Below, one piece after another: positions 38,484 to 47,467 of a stretch of DNA of 56,490 nucleotides. How positions within the stretch are numbered: position 1 is the first letter of the stretch; each line of letters begins with the position of its first letter. Origin of the DNA: Candidatus Enterousia sp. (GTDB taxonomy: Bacteria; Pseudomonadota; Alphaproteobacteria; Rs-D84); contig JAZSNY010000028.1 in NCBI GenBank assembly GCA_045536625.1, positions 1-56,490 on the forward strand, written 5' to 3'. The notes below the pieces were generated by a model. It saw only the letters and a list, made by a program, of their open reading frames with translations. It did not search any database and was not told the DNA's origin. The position numbers were made by a program, and so were the translations under genes.

Positions 38484-39188
38484 TTATATTTCGACATGAC
38501 CGTTGGTCGCAACCAAATCAGCCATCATTTCTATGTGGCCACCCGCTTCGCGGACAATCAAATCACCCGCCGCAATTTCTGCAAAGTCCAATGGGTCGGA
38601 CACAAAGGCATCCAACTTGCCCGCGGCAACCCATGCCAAATCCAATGCCGGACATCCGGTACGACGAACATCACCAATCATTGGACGTGCATCAGATGTA
38701 TTGTATGCAATCGTCAGTTCAGATGGTTCGGACAGATTTGAAACCTTAATTCGGGCGGAATGATACGCCGAGAAGATGTATGCGCCGCGTTCACTTTCCG
38801 CATAGTACAGACGTTCGTCAATCGGTGAATATATCAACGCAATCTTTGTTTCATCATTGGAACGCAGGGCCAAAGATATTGCAAAATGCGGATTACCACG
38901 AACAAAATTTGACGCCCCCGACAAGGACAAAACAAATTCATCACGGCCATCACCCGGACGTGATACATTTGGTGTCAAAAGACCCGCCGATGGACGAACC
39001 AACAGCAGGTCATTTAATATACTTTCTTCGATACGATTAGCGGCCTTGTGCACAAAGTCACGTGCACCACGCAATGATTGTTGCAGGTTTTCCACTTCGC
39101 CAAAATCGCGACGCAGGCCAGACGCCGTACGTTGCAACGCCATAAACATTTTGTTTAATTCGGTCGAACCCTTGATCAACAATTCCAT
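38484..39188 (-). CDS. suhB: Inositol monophosphatase family SuhB-like protein, catalytic motifs degenerate
   Basis: LRRDFGEVENLQ, NFVRGNPHFAISLAL, RRTGCPALDLAWVAAGKLD, AAGDLIVREAGG. Confidence 0.8.
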   Translation of the reverse strand: MELLIKGSTELNKMFMALQRTASGLRRDFGEVENLQQSLRGARDFVHKAANRIEESILNDLLLVRPSAGLLTPNVSRPGDGRDEFVLSLSGASNFVRGNPHFAISLALRSNDETKIALIYSPIDERLYYAESERGAYIFSAYHSARIKVSNLSEPSELTIAYNTSDARPMIGDVRRTGCPALDLAWVAAGKLDAFVSDPLDFAEIAAGDLIVREAGGHIEMMADLVATNGHVEI

Positions 39189-39218
39189 GTCGTTGCCCCC
39201 CGTAATCGAATATTAATA

Positions 39219-39431
39219 TTAGAAGTTGAATCCGGCAAACTTGCTCTTAAACTCGGCCGCACGTGCACCCTTTTCACCGGCATTTGAACGCTGACCCGTC
39301 CAGGCCGAGTGGTTCAAATTGTCCGTTGACAACAACAAATCTTTTTTAACGGATGAATACATTTTAATCGTTTTGCCATCCGTTCTGGTGACGTTGATTT
39401 CATGGTATTCTGGATGAATTCCTTGTTTCAT
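39219..39431 (-). CDS. rpmE: 50S ribosomal protein L31 (Cys-free type)
   Basis: MKQGIHPEYH...HSAWTG...FKSKF. Confidence 0.95.
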   Translation of the reverse strand: MKQGIHPEYHEINVTRTDGKTIKMYSSVKKDLLLSTDNLNHSAWTGQRSNAGEKGARAAEFKSKFAGFNF

Positions 39432-39506
39432 TGTGTTACCCTTTTTTTAAATTTTAGCCCGTAAATTATACATGGATTTTTATAGAAATCAAGCAATAAT
39501 AGCATT

Positions 39507-40016
39507 TTAATATCGACCAATGCATCCCAAATATGAATTTCCCGTGGTTTCCAGGACATTTATAAACTGGGACATGTTATGACCGGAAAATAACGCCAAT
39601 ATGGTTCCGGTGTTTGTGGCCAACATATCTGCAACGGTCGCAATACCAGAATTCATCTTCTTGAAAAATCCACTGGCCGGATAAATCTCGGCCGCCAATA
39701 ACTGGGTCTGGCCATGTGGCTTGGATGTTTTTTGGGATTCTATAACCATCAACTGACATTCAGGCGATATGATTAATTTATCACATACAACCGCATCGCC
39801 CCCCAACAATTCCCCCCACCATCCGGTCGATTCGCAAAAGACCGGATAATAAATGGACGCATTTGGGTTGGCCGACAATATCGCCGAAATGTCGATATCT
39901 TCGGTACATACATCCGGCATTACACCGGTTGAATTATTTATAACCTTGCGCGCCAACTGGTATTCAGAATCACCGGTTGTTCTGCGTGGCCAATAAAGAA
40001 TCGGAAACTTTGTCAT
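39507..40016 (-). CDS. Hypothetical protein
   Basis: 169-aa ORF filling the gap between rpmE and the membrane-protein cluster. Confidence 0.65.
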   Translation of the reverse strand: MTKFPILYWPRRTTGDSEYQLARKVINNSTGVMPDVCTEDIDISAILSANPNASIYYPVFCESTGWWGELLGGDAVVCDKLIISPECQLMVIESQKTSKPHGQTQLLAAEIYPASGFFKKMNSGIATVADMLATNTGTILALFSGHNMSQFINVLETTGNSYLGCIGRY

Positions 40017-40084
40017 TGCTATGAATTATATCAGATTCGGCAGATACAAAAAAGGGGGCCTTGTTAAATAAAGCGCTTGATTTT

Positions 40085-41383
40085 TTATTTTTTCATAACT
40101 TCGTACCATTTTTTCAGATTTTTCCACACGATATCAATGTTATTTTTTGTGGTCTTGTAGAAGTCATCCGAAATCTGGACACTAAATAAAGTCTTGGCCA
40201 GCGCGGGAATCATGGTCATAAACATGGCAATAAAAACGCCCATCAAAATTATGGTTATTAACGAATCGTTTCGCATCATTAACGCATCCATCAATATTTT
40301 TGCCGATTCTGATTCGCCGGCCGACAGCGCAGTTCGAATCGTGGTGGCGCCCGCCCAATCGCCAAATATTGCATTTAAAAACATTACCGCAAACGATACA
40401 AAAACACCGGTTATTGCCAACCCCAGGGTTCCATTTATCACGTCGTCAATAATACCGCGAATCGTTTTTCCCGCCCCGGCAAGTGATATCTGCCAGCCCT
40501 TGAACAACCATGCCAACAACATCAATGGCAACATCACCAAATCCAATGACAACTTAATAAATATTTCCAAGAAATACAGCGGGATTGGTAATAACGCCAT
40601 AAAGAATAATGCCAATATCAGCGCCCCCGCAAAAAATATCACAACATTGGGAAAGATTGGTATATTCCACATTATTTTATGCATATATTCCGAATTAAAG
40701 GCCATGTTTAACATGGTCCATCCAACCGCCATCCCCAAACCCGTCATCTGATGAACACCCGCCAATTCACATGCCAGATTATGACGCAGGCGCGGGGAAA
40801 ACGCACCCGAATTTGCGGCATCGGCACTGGTCACACTGGGGTCTGCGATTGCGGTCGCAATAACACATGTATCAAACGTTTCGTCATGCGCCACCGCACG
40901 GTTCAGCGTTAATCCAACGTTAAAAATAGGCTGAATCGCGATTTGCGAAATCATGCGTGGCAGGGGCGCCAACAACAAAATGCAAACAATCCCCGTTTTT
41001 ACAAAATGATTGGTAAACGTACTGGTTAGGGACCAAGGGTCTTCGGTTTTTCCGTTTAAATAATTACTGACCAGGCGCCAAGCAAACCAAATGGCCGTCA
41101 ACATAATAGCAAACGGAACTATTGTATGCCCCAGCGCAGAATATACACGTGGCAGGATGCGCGACATCGTTAACATGATGTCGGAAAACATCTGACAGGT
41201 CCAACAACTGCTGAAAAAATCCAGGGCGCCCGCCATATCAACGGGAACAAAAGAACGATATATTGAAAATCCCGCAATAACACCGATACCCGCGATACCA
41301 CCAACAACCAATGGCGCGGCCGCACCCGCCGTGAACGGCAAGAACGATAAAAATACTATCCAAAATTTTTTTATTCGGTTCAT
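40085..41383 (-). CDS. Polytopic membrane protein, VirB6/TrbL-like (paralogue 1, divergently transcribed)
   Basis: CWTCQMF motif, several TMs, LVMLPLMLLAWLF segment, terminal amphipathic helix. Confidence 0.6.
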   Translation of the reverse strand: MNRIKKFWIVFLSFLPFTAGAAAPLVVGGIAGIGVIAGFSIYRSFVPVDMAGALDFFSSCWTCQMFSDIMLTMSRILPRVYSALGHTIVPFAIMLTAIWFAWRLVSNYLNGKTEDPWSLTSTFTNHFVKTGIVCILLLAPLPRMISQIAIQPIFNVGLTLNRAVAHDETFDTCVIATAIADPSVTSADAANSGAFSPRLRHNLACELAGVHQMTGLGMAVGWTMLNMAFNSEYMHKIMWNIPIFPNVVIFFAGALILALFFMALLPIPLYFLEIFIKLSLDLVMLPLMLLAWLFKGWQISLAGAGKTIRGIIDDVINGTLGLAITGVFVSFAVMFLNAIFGDWAGATTIRTALSAGESESAKILMDALMMRNDSLITIILMGVFIAMFMTMIPALAKTLFSVQISDDFYKTTKNNIDIVWKNLKKWYEVMKK

Positions 41384-41452
41384 TGCTTTTAAGTATATCA
41401 TATTTTGTCATAAATGTGATATAATTGAAAAGATAAATATATAAGTAAGAGA

Positions 41453-42721
41453 ATGTTTCGCATAAAAAATTTAATTACAGCCATGGGGTTTGGTGCAGTT
41501 TTATTTGCGCCCGGTGGGGCGTATGCGGGAAATTTAGTCGACACTTTGAATTTGGCACCGTTTGTACCAATGGTTTTGGATGCTTTGATGATGGTGGCAA
41601 CGGGGGTATACGAATACTTTGTCGACAATGGCCACGGAATAATATACGTACTGATTTGGACGTTTTTGGGGATAACGTTGGCACTGACCGCGTTTAAAAT
41701 GTTTATGCCAAAATCGTGGCTGTCTTTCCTGGGGATGTCGGGCGGTGGCGAATTGGCCGATGGCAAGGTTACAGGATACGGCATTGTTGAAAGCACAATG
41801 AAATCGGGTATGCGGGCGGTTATTGCGGCGGCGTTGCTGTTACAAATAAAACCGGTATATCTGACACAATGGTTGGTTAATCCCTTTTTACAACTGGGGG
41901 CGATTTATACACACCAAATTACAGAGAACATAAATGTTGCCGGAACAAGCGTGGAACCAATTAAATGCCCACAGGATATTTTGGACAAAGCATGGATCAG
42001 CCAGGATTCATGTGAATTTTTAATTCAACCCGTTTTTGACCTGTCAAATGCGAACAACCAGGTTATAAAACAAGGTTTTGATTTTCTGTTGTCGGGGTTG
42101 CGGGGGTTGATGACACTGATACCAAATGGTGGGGAAGATTTTTTAAATCTGATAACCGGCATTATTTTAATTTCAACATTTGTGGCCAGTAATTTGTTTA
42201 TGGCGCTGTTGGTGATTCAGGGGATTTTTAATTTTGGCATGCAATTGATATTGTATCCTTTTTATGTTTTAACATATGTGTTTAAACCCAGCGACAAATG
42301 GTTTGATGTATGGCCCGCTTTTAATGGTATAACCAAGGCATTGCAACAACTGATTGTGACGATGATTGCATGCGCTTTTATACTTAGCATCAATGTAGCG
42401 ATTATCAAAGCGTTGTTCCAATGGAATTCTTCGGTCTTTGTTGTTGCCGCAGGTGGCAGCGCATCCAGCAACGTTCCCACAATCGCGAACAGCACAGTGG
42501 GATTTGGTGGACACAGTATTATGTGGTTGTCGGGAATATTAACGTTCTATTTAATGTTCAAGATTTTTGATTTAACACAACAGCAATTAAAAAAATATAT
42601 CGGTGGTGGGATGGACGGACTGTACAAAGATGTTATGTCTGATTCCAAGACGATTGGTAAAAATATTGTTAACGTTGGCAAAACAATCGGCAAAGCAGCG
42701 GGATGGATTAAAAAGAAATGA
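41453..42721 (+). CDS. Polytopic membrane protein, VirB6/TrbL-like (paralogue 2)
   Basis: Same layout; LILYPFYVLTYVFKPSDKWF segment. Confidence 0.6.
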   Translation: MFRIKNLITAMGFGAVLFAPGGAYAGNLVDTLNLAPFVPMVLDALMMVATGVYEYFVDNGHGIIYVLIWTFLGITLALTAFKMFMPKSWLSFLGMSGGGELADGKVTGYGIVESTMKSGMRAVIAAALLLQIKPVYLTQWLVNPFLQLGAIYTHQITENINVAGTSVEPIKCPQDILDKAWISQDSCEFLIQPVFDLSNANNQVIKQGFDFLLSGLRGLMTLIPNGGEDFLNLITGIILISTFVASNLFMALLVIQGIFNFGMQLILYPFYVLTYVFKPSDKWFDVWPAFNGITKALQQLIVTMIACAFILSINVAIIKALFQWNSSVFVVAAGGSASSNVPTIANSTVGFGGHSIMWLSGILTFYLMFKIFDLTQQQLKKYIGGGMDGLYKDVMSDSKTIGKNIVNVGKTIGKAAGWIKKK

Positions 42722-43914
42722 ACAATATGTTAAATTCTTTTGTTGATGATGCCGTCCAATGTTGGGGATGCGCACTGTTTGACAGACTGTTTCAAATCGT
42801 GTCTGTGGCGGCGGCGCAAATCTATGATTATTTCAGCAATTTATGCATGATATTGTTTTTGGCAATGTTTACGGTGTTCATGCTGAACGCGATTTGGCAA
42901 AATTTTAAAAATCAATTTCCAGACCCATGGTATAAAAAATCAATTCAAAAGGTTTTTATTAATTCACTGGTCGCAATATCGTTGATGGGCGCAGGTGTTG
43001 CGATACCACGATTGATTACAACGATAACTTTTGAACCCGTGGCACAAATCACGTTGATGTATACGCAAAGCATGATAAAACAAGATTCTGATATCGTTAA
43101 TCAAAAGGTTACATATACACCAACAAAAATGACAGAAGAAGGCTTTTATCGACCCGAACTGCGCGATAAAATTATAATGCTGATGAAAACGACAATAACC
43201 CAATTCCAGGCGTACATAAAATTGGGAATTGCGGTTATGGAAAATGCGTTTTCTTGGACCGCGTTGTTGGGCATCGGGAACCTGATTAAACATGTTATTT
43301 TATTCTTTATAGGTCTGTATTTGGCATGGGGATTTTTTAAATTATTCTTTCGGTATTGTTGTTATTTTGCAGATGCGATTGTCGCAATGGCCTTTTTTGC
43401 GTTTTTCTTTCCATTATCATTGGCAACGATTGCGTTTAAGGGCGCAGACAGCGTTCCGGGATTTATCAGCAAAATTGGTAATGGTGTCGGAATTAATCAA
43501 ATTAAAAATCTGATTAGTTCTATTGTCACATTGGGGTCGGTTATTATTACGTATACGGTCATTATGGTGATTATCGCCAAATTCTTTTCCGCACCGGATG
43601 CATCGGTCGTGCCACTGATGGATGCAATAACCAGTGGTGAAATATACGAAAAAGATTTGAACACAGAAAATTTACAGGCAATGACACTGATGTCATGTAT
43701 CGCACTGATGTACGTATTGAATTATATTTATAAACAAATCCCACAAATAACAAAAATGATTTTGTCCGCGTTCCATGTCGAAGAAAAGAAGGAATATGGC
43801 GAAACTTTGGCAAATGATATGATGCAACTGACCAAGAATATTTTTGACACAACGGTCAATGTTGGTAAAATTATCATCGACGGTGGCAAAGAAGAGAAAA
43901 AGGATTCCAAATAA
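42718..43914 (+). CDS. Polytopic membrane protein, VirB6/TrbL-like (paralogue 3)
   Basis: CWGCALF motif; FFFPLSLATIAF; overlaps the previous stop codon. Confidence 0.6.
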   Translation: MNNMLNSFVDDAVQCWGCALFDRLFQIVSVAAAQIYDYFSNLCMILFLAMFTVFMLNAIWQNFKNQFPDPWYKKSIQKVFINSLVAISLMGAGVAIPRLITTITFEPVAQITLMYTQSMIKQDSDIVNQKVTYTPTKMTEEGFYRPELRDKIIMLMKTTITQFQAYIKLGIAVMENAFSWTALLGIGNLIKHVILFFIGLYLAWGFFKLFFRYCCYFADAIVAMAFFAFFFPLSLATIAFKGADSVPGFISKIGNGVGINQIKNLISSIVTLGSVIITYTVIMVIIAKFFSAPDASVVPLMDAITSGEIYEKDLNTENLQAMTLMSCIALMYVLNYIYKQIPQITKMILSAFHVEEKKEYGETLANDMMQLTKNIFDTTVNVGKIIIDGGKEEKKDSK

Positions 43915-45404
43915 TGTTAAAGGCACAATTAATTTTAATCGCCGTTCGCGTGGTAATGTGCCTGATTGCATTGGGTTTGGGGATATGGTATTTGTCGTCT
44001 TCGATTGGCGGGGCCGCGTTAACATATACCAGCATGGATAATTTCTTGACCGCGGTCGGCGTACAAAATGGCGATATCGCAAGTGCCAATGGATGCTTTA
44101 TGTGCGGATATATCGCAGATTTGTTTTCGGTTATTGGAAATGCCGCACAAAGATTTTGGGGAATCATGGTGGATAACCTGTGGATAATTATGGTATTGGG
44201 GTTGGGAATCTATGTGTTTATCCACAGCATAAAACATATAATGGATGCCGCAAAAAAGACAGCCACACTGGACGGCAAAGAAAAAGGCATCGAATTTAAA
44301 TCGTGGTTTGACCCAATTTGGAAACAGGTTGTACGATTGATGGTTGTTGGTGCCCTGATGGGGATGTTGGGAATGGGTGGGGTCACGGCAATGAAGACCG
44401 TATCACAAATCACAATAACACCCGTACTGTATGTCGGTGCAGAATTAAGTATGGCCGCCACAGGCGTGACGGATGCCGCACAATGTGGTGCGTTGACACC
44501 AACAAATAAAATGGACGGCGACGATGTATTAAATCCGATTTTACAACCCTTTATGTGTGTGATGGGTAATATAAATTCCGTTATGTTGGCGGGCGCCGCG
44601 GGCGGATTTGCCATGATGAATTATGCATGGTTGGGGTTGGGTGGTGGCGCGTTTACGTGGCTGGCGGGATTGGCGTTGGTGTTAATGTTTTTGGTCATTG
44701 GTTTTGATTTATTCTTTCAGATATTATCCGTCGTGTTTAAGTTGGTCTTTATAATCATATTTTTGCCACTGTTGTTGGCGGCATCGGCATTTGAAGGCAC
44801 ATGGGCCAAGGCCAGCGGACTGCTTAGTAAATCTGTGGGCACATTGGCCGCATCGGCCGTGCGATTGGTGGCAATTACGTTAAAGGTGTTGGTGATATAT
44901 GCAACCGTATCTTATACCGCAGATACATTTATGCCCGGCCCCGCCGATGGATACAGCGCAATATTACCACCCATGATGGGGACCGCACCCGAAAACCCAG
45001 ATGCAAAAACACTGTCGGTGATGAACGTGTTTTCTACATGCGAACAGGTCGCAATGACAGACGGCGAAATGGACAAGGACAGGTTTAAAGATTGCTTTAC
45101 CGCGCGCAAGGCCGAAGTCGAAAGACAATATCCGGGCGCATTTGATTTCCTGGGCGATGGATTTGATTTTCTGTTGATGATGTTGTGTTTGTTCTTTCTG
45201 TATTATTATGCAATCAGTCCGAAAATCGACAAACTGTTGCCGGCGGGCTCTATCAAATTACCAGTTCCGGGCGAAAATGCCAGCGTTAGTGGCAAGGAAG
45301 AATTTGACTATGGCGCATGGATACATGACCTGGGGCAGAAGATATGGCATGTACCGGTTCAGATAGCAGAAAAAGTCACAAAAAATATGGGCAAAAAAAG
45401 TTAA
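43914..45404 (+). CDS. Polytopic membrane protein, VirB6/TrbL-like (paralogue 4)
   Basis: CFMCGYI motif; IFLPLLLAASAF. Confidence 0.6.
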   Translation: MLKAQLILIAVRVVMCLIALGLGIWYLSSSIGGAALTYTSMDNFLTAVGVQNGDIASANGCFMCGYIADLFSVIGNAAQRFWGIMVDNLWIIMVLGLGIYVFIHSIKHIMDAAKKTATLDGKEKGIEFKSWFDPIWKQVVRLMVVGALMGMLGMGGVTAMKTVSQITITPVLYVGAELSMAATGVTDAAQCGALTPTNKMDGDDVLNPILQPFMCVMGNINSVMLAGAAGGFAMMNYAWLGLGGGAFTWLAGLALVLMFLVIGFDLFFQILSVVFKLVFIIIFLPLLLAASAFEGTWAKASGLLSKSVGTLAASAVRLVAITLKVLVIYATVSYTADTFMPGPADGYSAILPPMMGTAPENPDAKTLSVMNVFSTCEQVAMTDGEMDKDRFKDCFTARKAEVERQYPGAFDFLGDGFDFLLMMLCLFFLYYYAISPKIDKLLPAGSIKLPVPGENASVSGKEEFDYGAWIHDLGQKIWHVPVQIAEKVTKNMGKKS

Positions 45405-45412
45405 ATAAAGCG

Positions 45413-46711
45413 ATGAAGTTTATACAAAAAATTTTATCAAAAGTATTAATCATCATTATGATGGTGGGATTGGTGTTGCCTGTGCTTGGCGCAACGTCTA
45501 ATCTGCCGGCGGCGGATATCGGTGATTTTGGCACATGGGCAACAGAAAATAACCGCGAACGATTTATCGGTGAAATGTCCGGTGACATAGAACAATTTCA
45601 AAGCGGGTTTCAAAAGCAAATTGTTGACAACTATGTCCCGATTGAGGCCAAGGTTGGAATTGCCTTTATGAATGCCTTTTCGTTTATTGCACATGTATTG
45701 GATTCTTCGTTGGTGCGTTTTGTTATAATATTTATTATTTTTGCATATTTATTTTGGATGTCATTTGAAGCCTATACACTGATTACGGCAAAAAGCGAAG
45801 TTAAATCCAAGGTTACAGAAATTTTAAAACGTGGTGCCATGGTTTTGTTATGGACGGGGATTTTATCCATTGGACCGGCCGAAACCTTTATGATGGTTAT
45901 GTCGCCAATATTACAGGCGGCCACATTGGCATCAAACGCAATATTGGACGCGGTATCAAGTGTTGTTGGTGTTCGTTTGCCGGACACATGTGCGGCAATA
46001 CATGAATACGCCGCCCAACATGTGTCGGATACAAATATATTAAATTCTGGGGCGGCCGCGGATATTATGTGTTTGCCAACCAGACTGTCTGGTTTTTGCT
46101 ATACCGCGGTGGCGGTTGGATGGAAGTGGATGCGATTGGGAATCGGGGTCAGTGCTTTTTCATTTTTGTGTGGGTTATCGTTTGTGGCGGGATTTATATA
46201 CCTGGCATGGCGGTTTGCATTTGTTGCGTTTGGGGTTATTGCGGATCTGTTCCTGGGGGTGATAATGTTGCCATTTACGGCGCTGGCGGAAACAATTGGA
46301 AAAACATCGTACAAGGGTATTGCCGGTGATATATTTAACACATTTATGGGACTGTTCAAGGCGGAATCGTTACAGGCACAGATTATGCGTTTTGTTAACG
46401 CGGCGTTACACTTTGTTGTTTTGGCGATTGTCATTGCGGTATGCACGGGGCTGTTGTCCGGGATGATTGATATTAACGCGGGTAATTCTTTGCCACAATT
46501 TGATGATCCGGGGATTTGGATATCAATACTGATTGCGGCATTAACGTGGTATTTGGCCAGTAATGCAACAAAATTCGCAACCGAATTTGGTGGCGCAATA
46601 AATACCGCAATGGGCGATACATTACAGGGTGATGCAAAAATATTAATCAACAGAACAAAAGATAACGCAAAAAAATGGTGGAAGATTATCAAGGAAAGCA
46701 GAAAAAAATAA
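45413..46711 (+). CDS. Polytopic membrane protein, VirB6/TrbL-like (paralogue 5)
   Basis: IADLFLGVIMLPFTAL; periplasmic Cys pair; likely start MKFIQ at 45413. Confidence 0.6.
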   Translation: MKFIQKILSKVLIIIMMVGLVLPVLGATSNLPAADIGDFGTWATENNRERFIGEMSGDIEQFQSGFQKQIVDNYVPIEAKVGIAFMNAFSFIAHVLDSSLVRFVIIFIIFAYLFWMSFEAYTLITAKSEVKSKVTEILKRGAMVLLWTGILSIGPAETFMMVMSPILQAATLASNAILDAVSSVVGVRLPDTCAAIHEYAAQHVSDTNILNSGAAADIMCLPTRLSGFCYTAVAVGWKWMRLGIGVSAFSFLCGLSFVAGFIYLAWRFAFVAFGVIADLFLGVIMLPFTALAETIGKTSYKGIAGDIFNTFMGLFKAESLQAQIMRFVNAALHFVVLAIVIAVCTGLLSGMIDINAGNSLPQFDDPGIWISILIAALTWYLASNATKFATEFGGAINTAMGDTLQGDAKILINRTKDNAKKWWKIIKESRKK

Positions 46712-46731
46712 AAAACGGCGTTCGCCGTTTT

Positions 46732-47409
46732 TTATTTGTTTATTTCCGCAATAAATTTTTCATGATTTTCCAATTCTGCCGCCAACGGTTCAAATTTACG
46801 ATATGGGAAATTTCCACCGACCTTGGGGTGCGCCAACATGGCGGCATGTTGCTTTTCAATTATTTCTGAAACATCCGGTGCCGGGGCCGTGTTTTCCAAT
46901 TCCAGATATACCTTGGCCAGAATTTCCGAGTCGATTAACGCCCCGTGCGCGTCGGCACGCGCGGTCAAAGATATACCATACCATTTGGCCAGCGCATCCA
47001 ACGTATAACTTTTGGGACCAAAAACACGATTTCGCGCAATTACCAACGAATCCATTTGTTGGGAACGTGGAATCTGGGGCAGATTTAACATAGACAATTC
47101 ATGATTCACAAAAGGGAAGTCAAAATCCAATCCATTGTGTGCAACAATTGGCGCATCACCAACAAACGCCAAGAACTTTGGCGCAATTTCCGACATTTTC
47201 GGTTTGTCTTCCAAAAAGGCATTTGAAATCTTGTGAACCGCGTATGTGTCGGGTGGAATAATCTTGCCTTCGGGGTTGATGTATTCGTGAAATGTGTTGT
47301 CCGTGATTTTTCCATCAACCACTTCGACCGCACCAATTTCGATAACACGGTCGCCACGCATATAGTCAAACCCCGTTGTTTCTATGTCAAAACAAATAAT
47401 ACGTGCCAT
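46732..47409 (-). CDS. dnaQ: DNA polymerase III epsilon subunit
   Basis: FDIETTG, VAHNGLDFD, TLDALA, HGALIDS (DEDDh). Confidence 0.96.
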   Translation of the reverse strand: MARIICFDIETTGFDYMRGDRVIEIGAVEVVDGKITDNTFHEYINPEGKIIPPDTYAVHKISNAFLEDKPKMSEIAPKFLAFVGDAPIVAHNGLDFDFPFVNHELSMLNLPQIPRSQQMDSLVIARNRVFGPKSYTLDALAKWYGISLTARADAHGALIDSEILAKVYLELENTAPAPDVSEIIEKQHAAMLAHPKVGGNFPYRKFEPLAAELENHEKFIAEINK

Positions 47410-47467
47410 AACTTTTCCGTTCCTTGATAAAGATTGTTTTTGGTATTATAATGGAACGGTGAATTTA

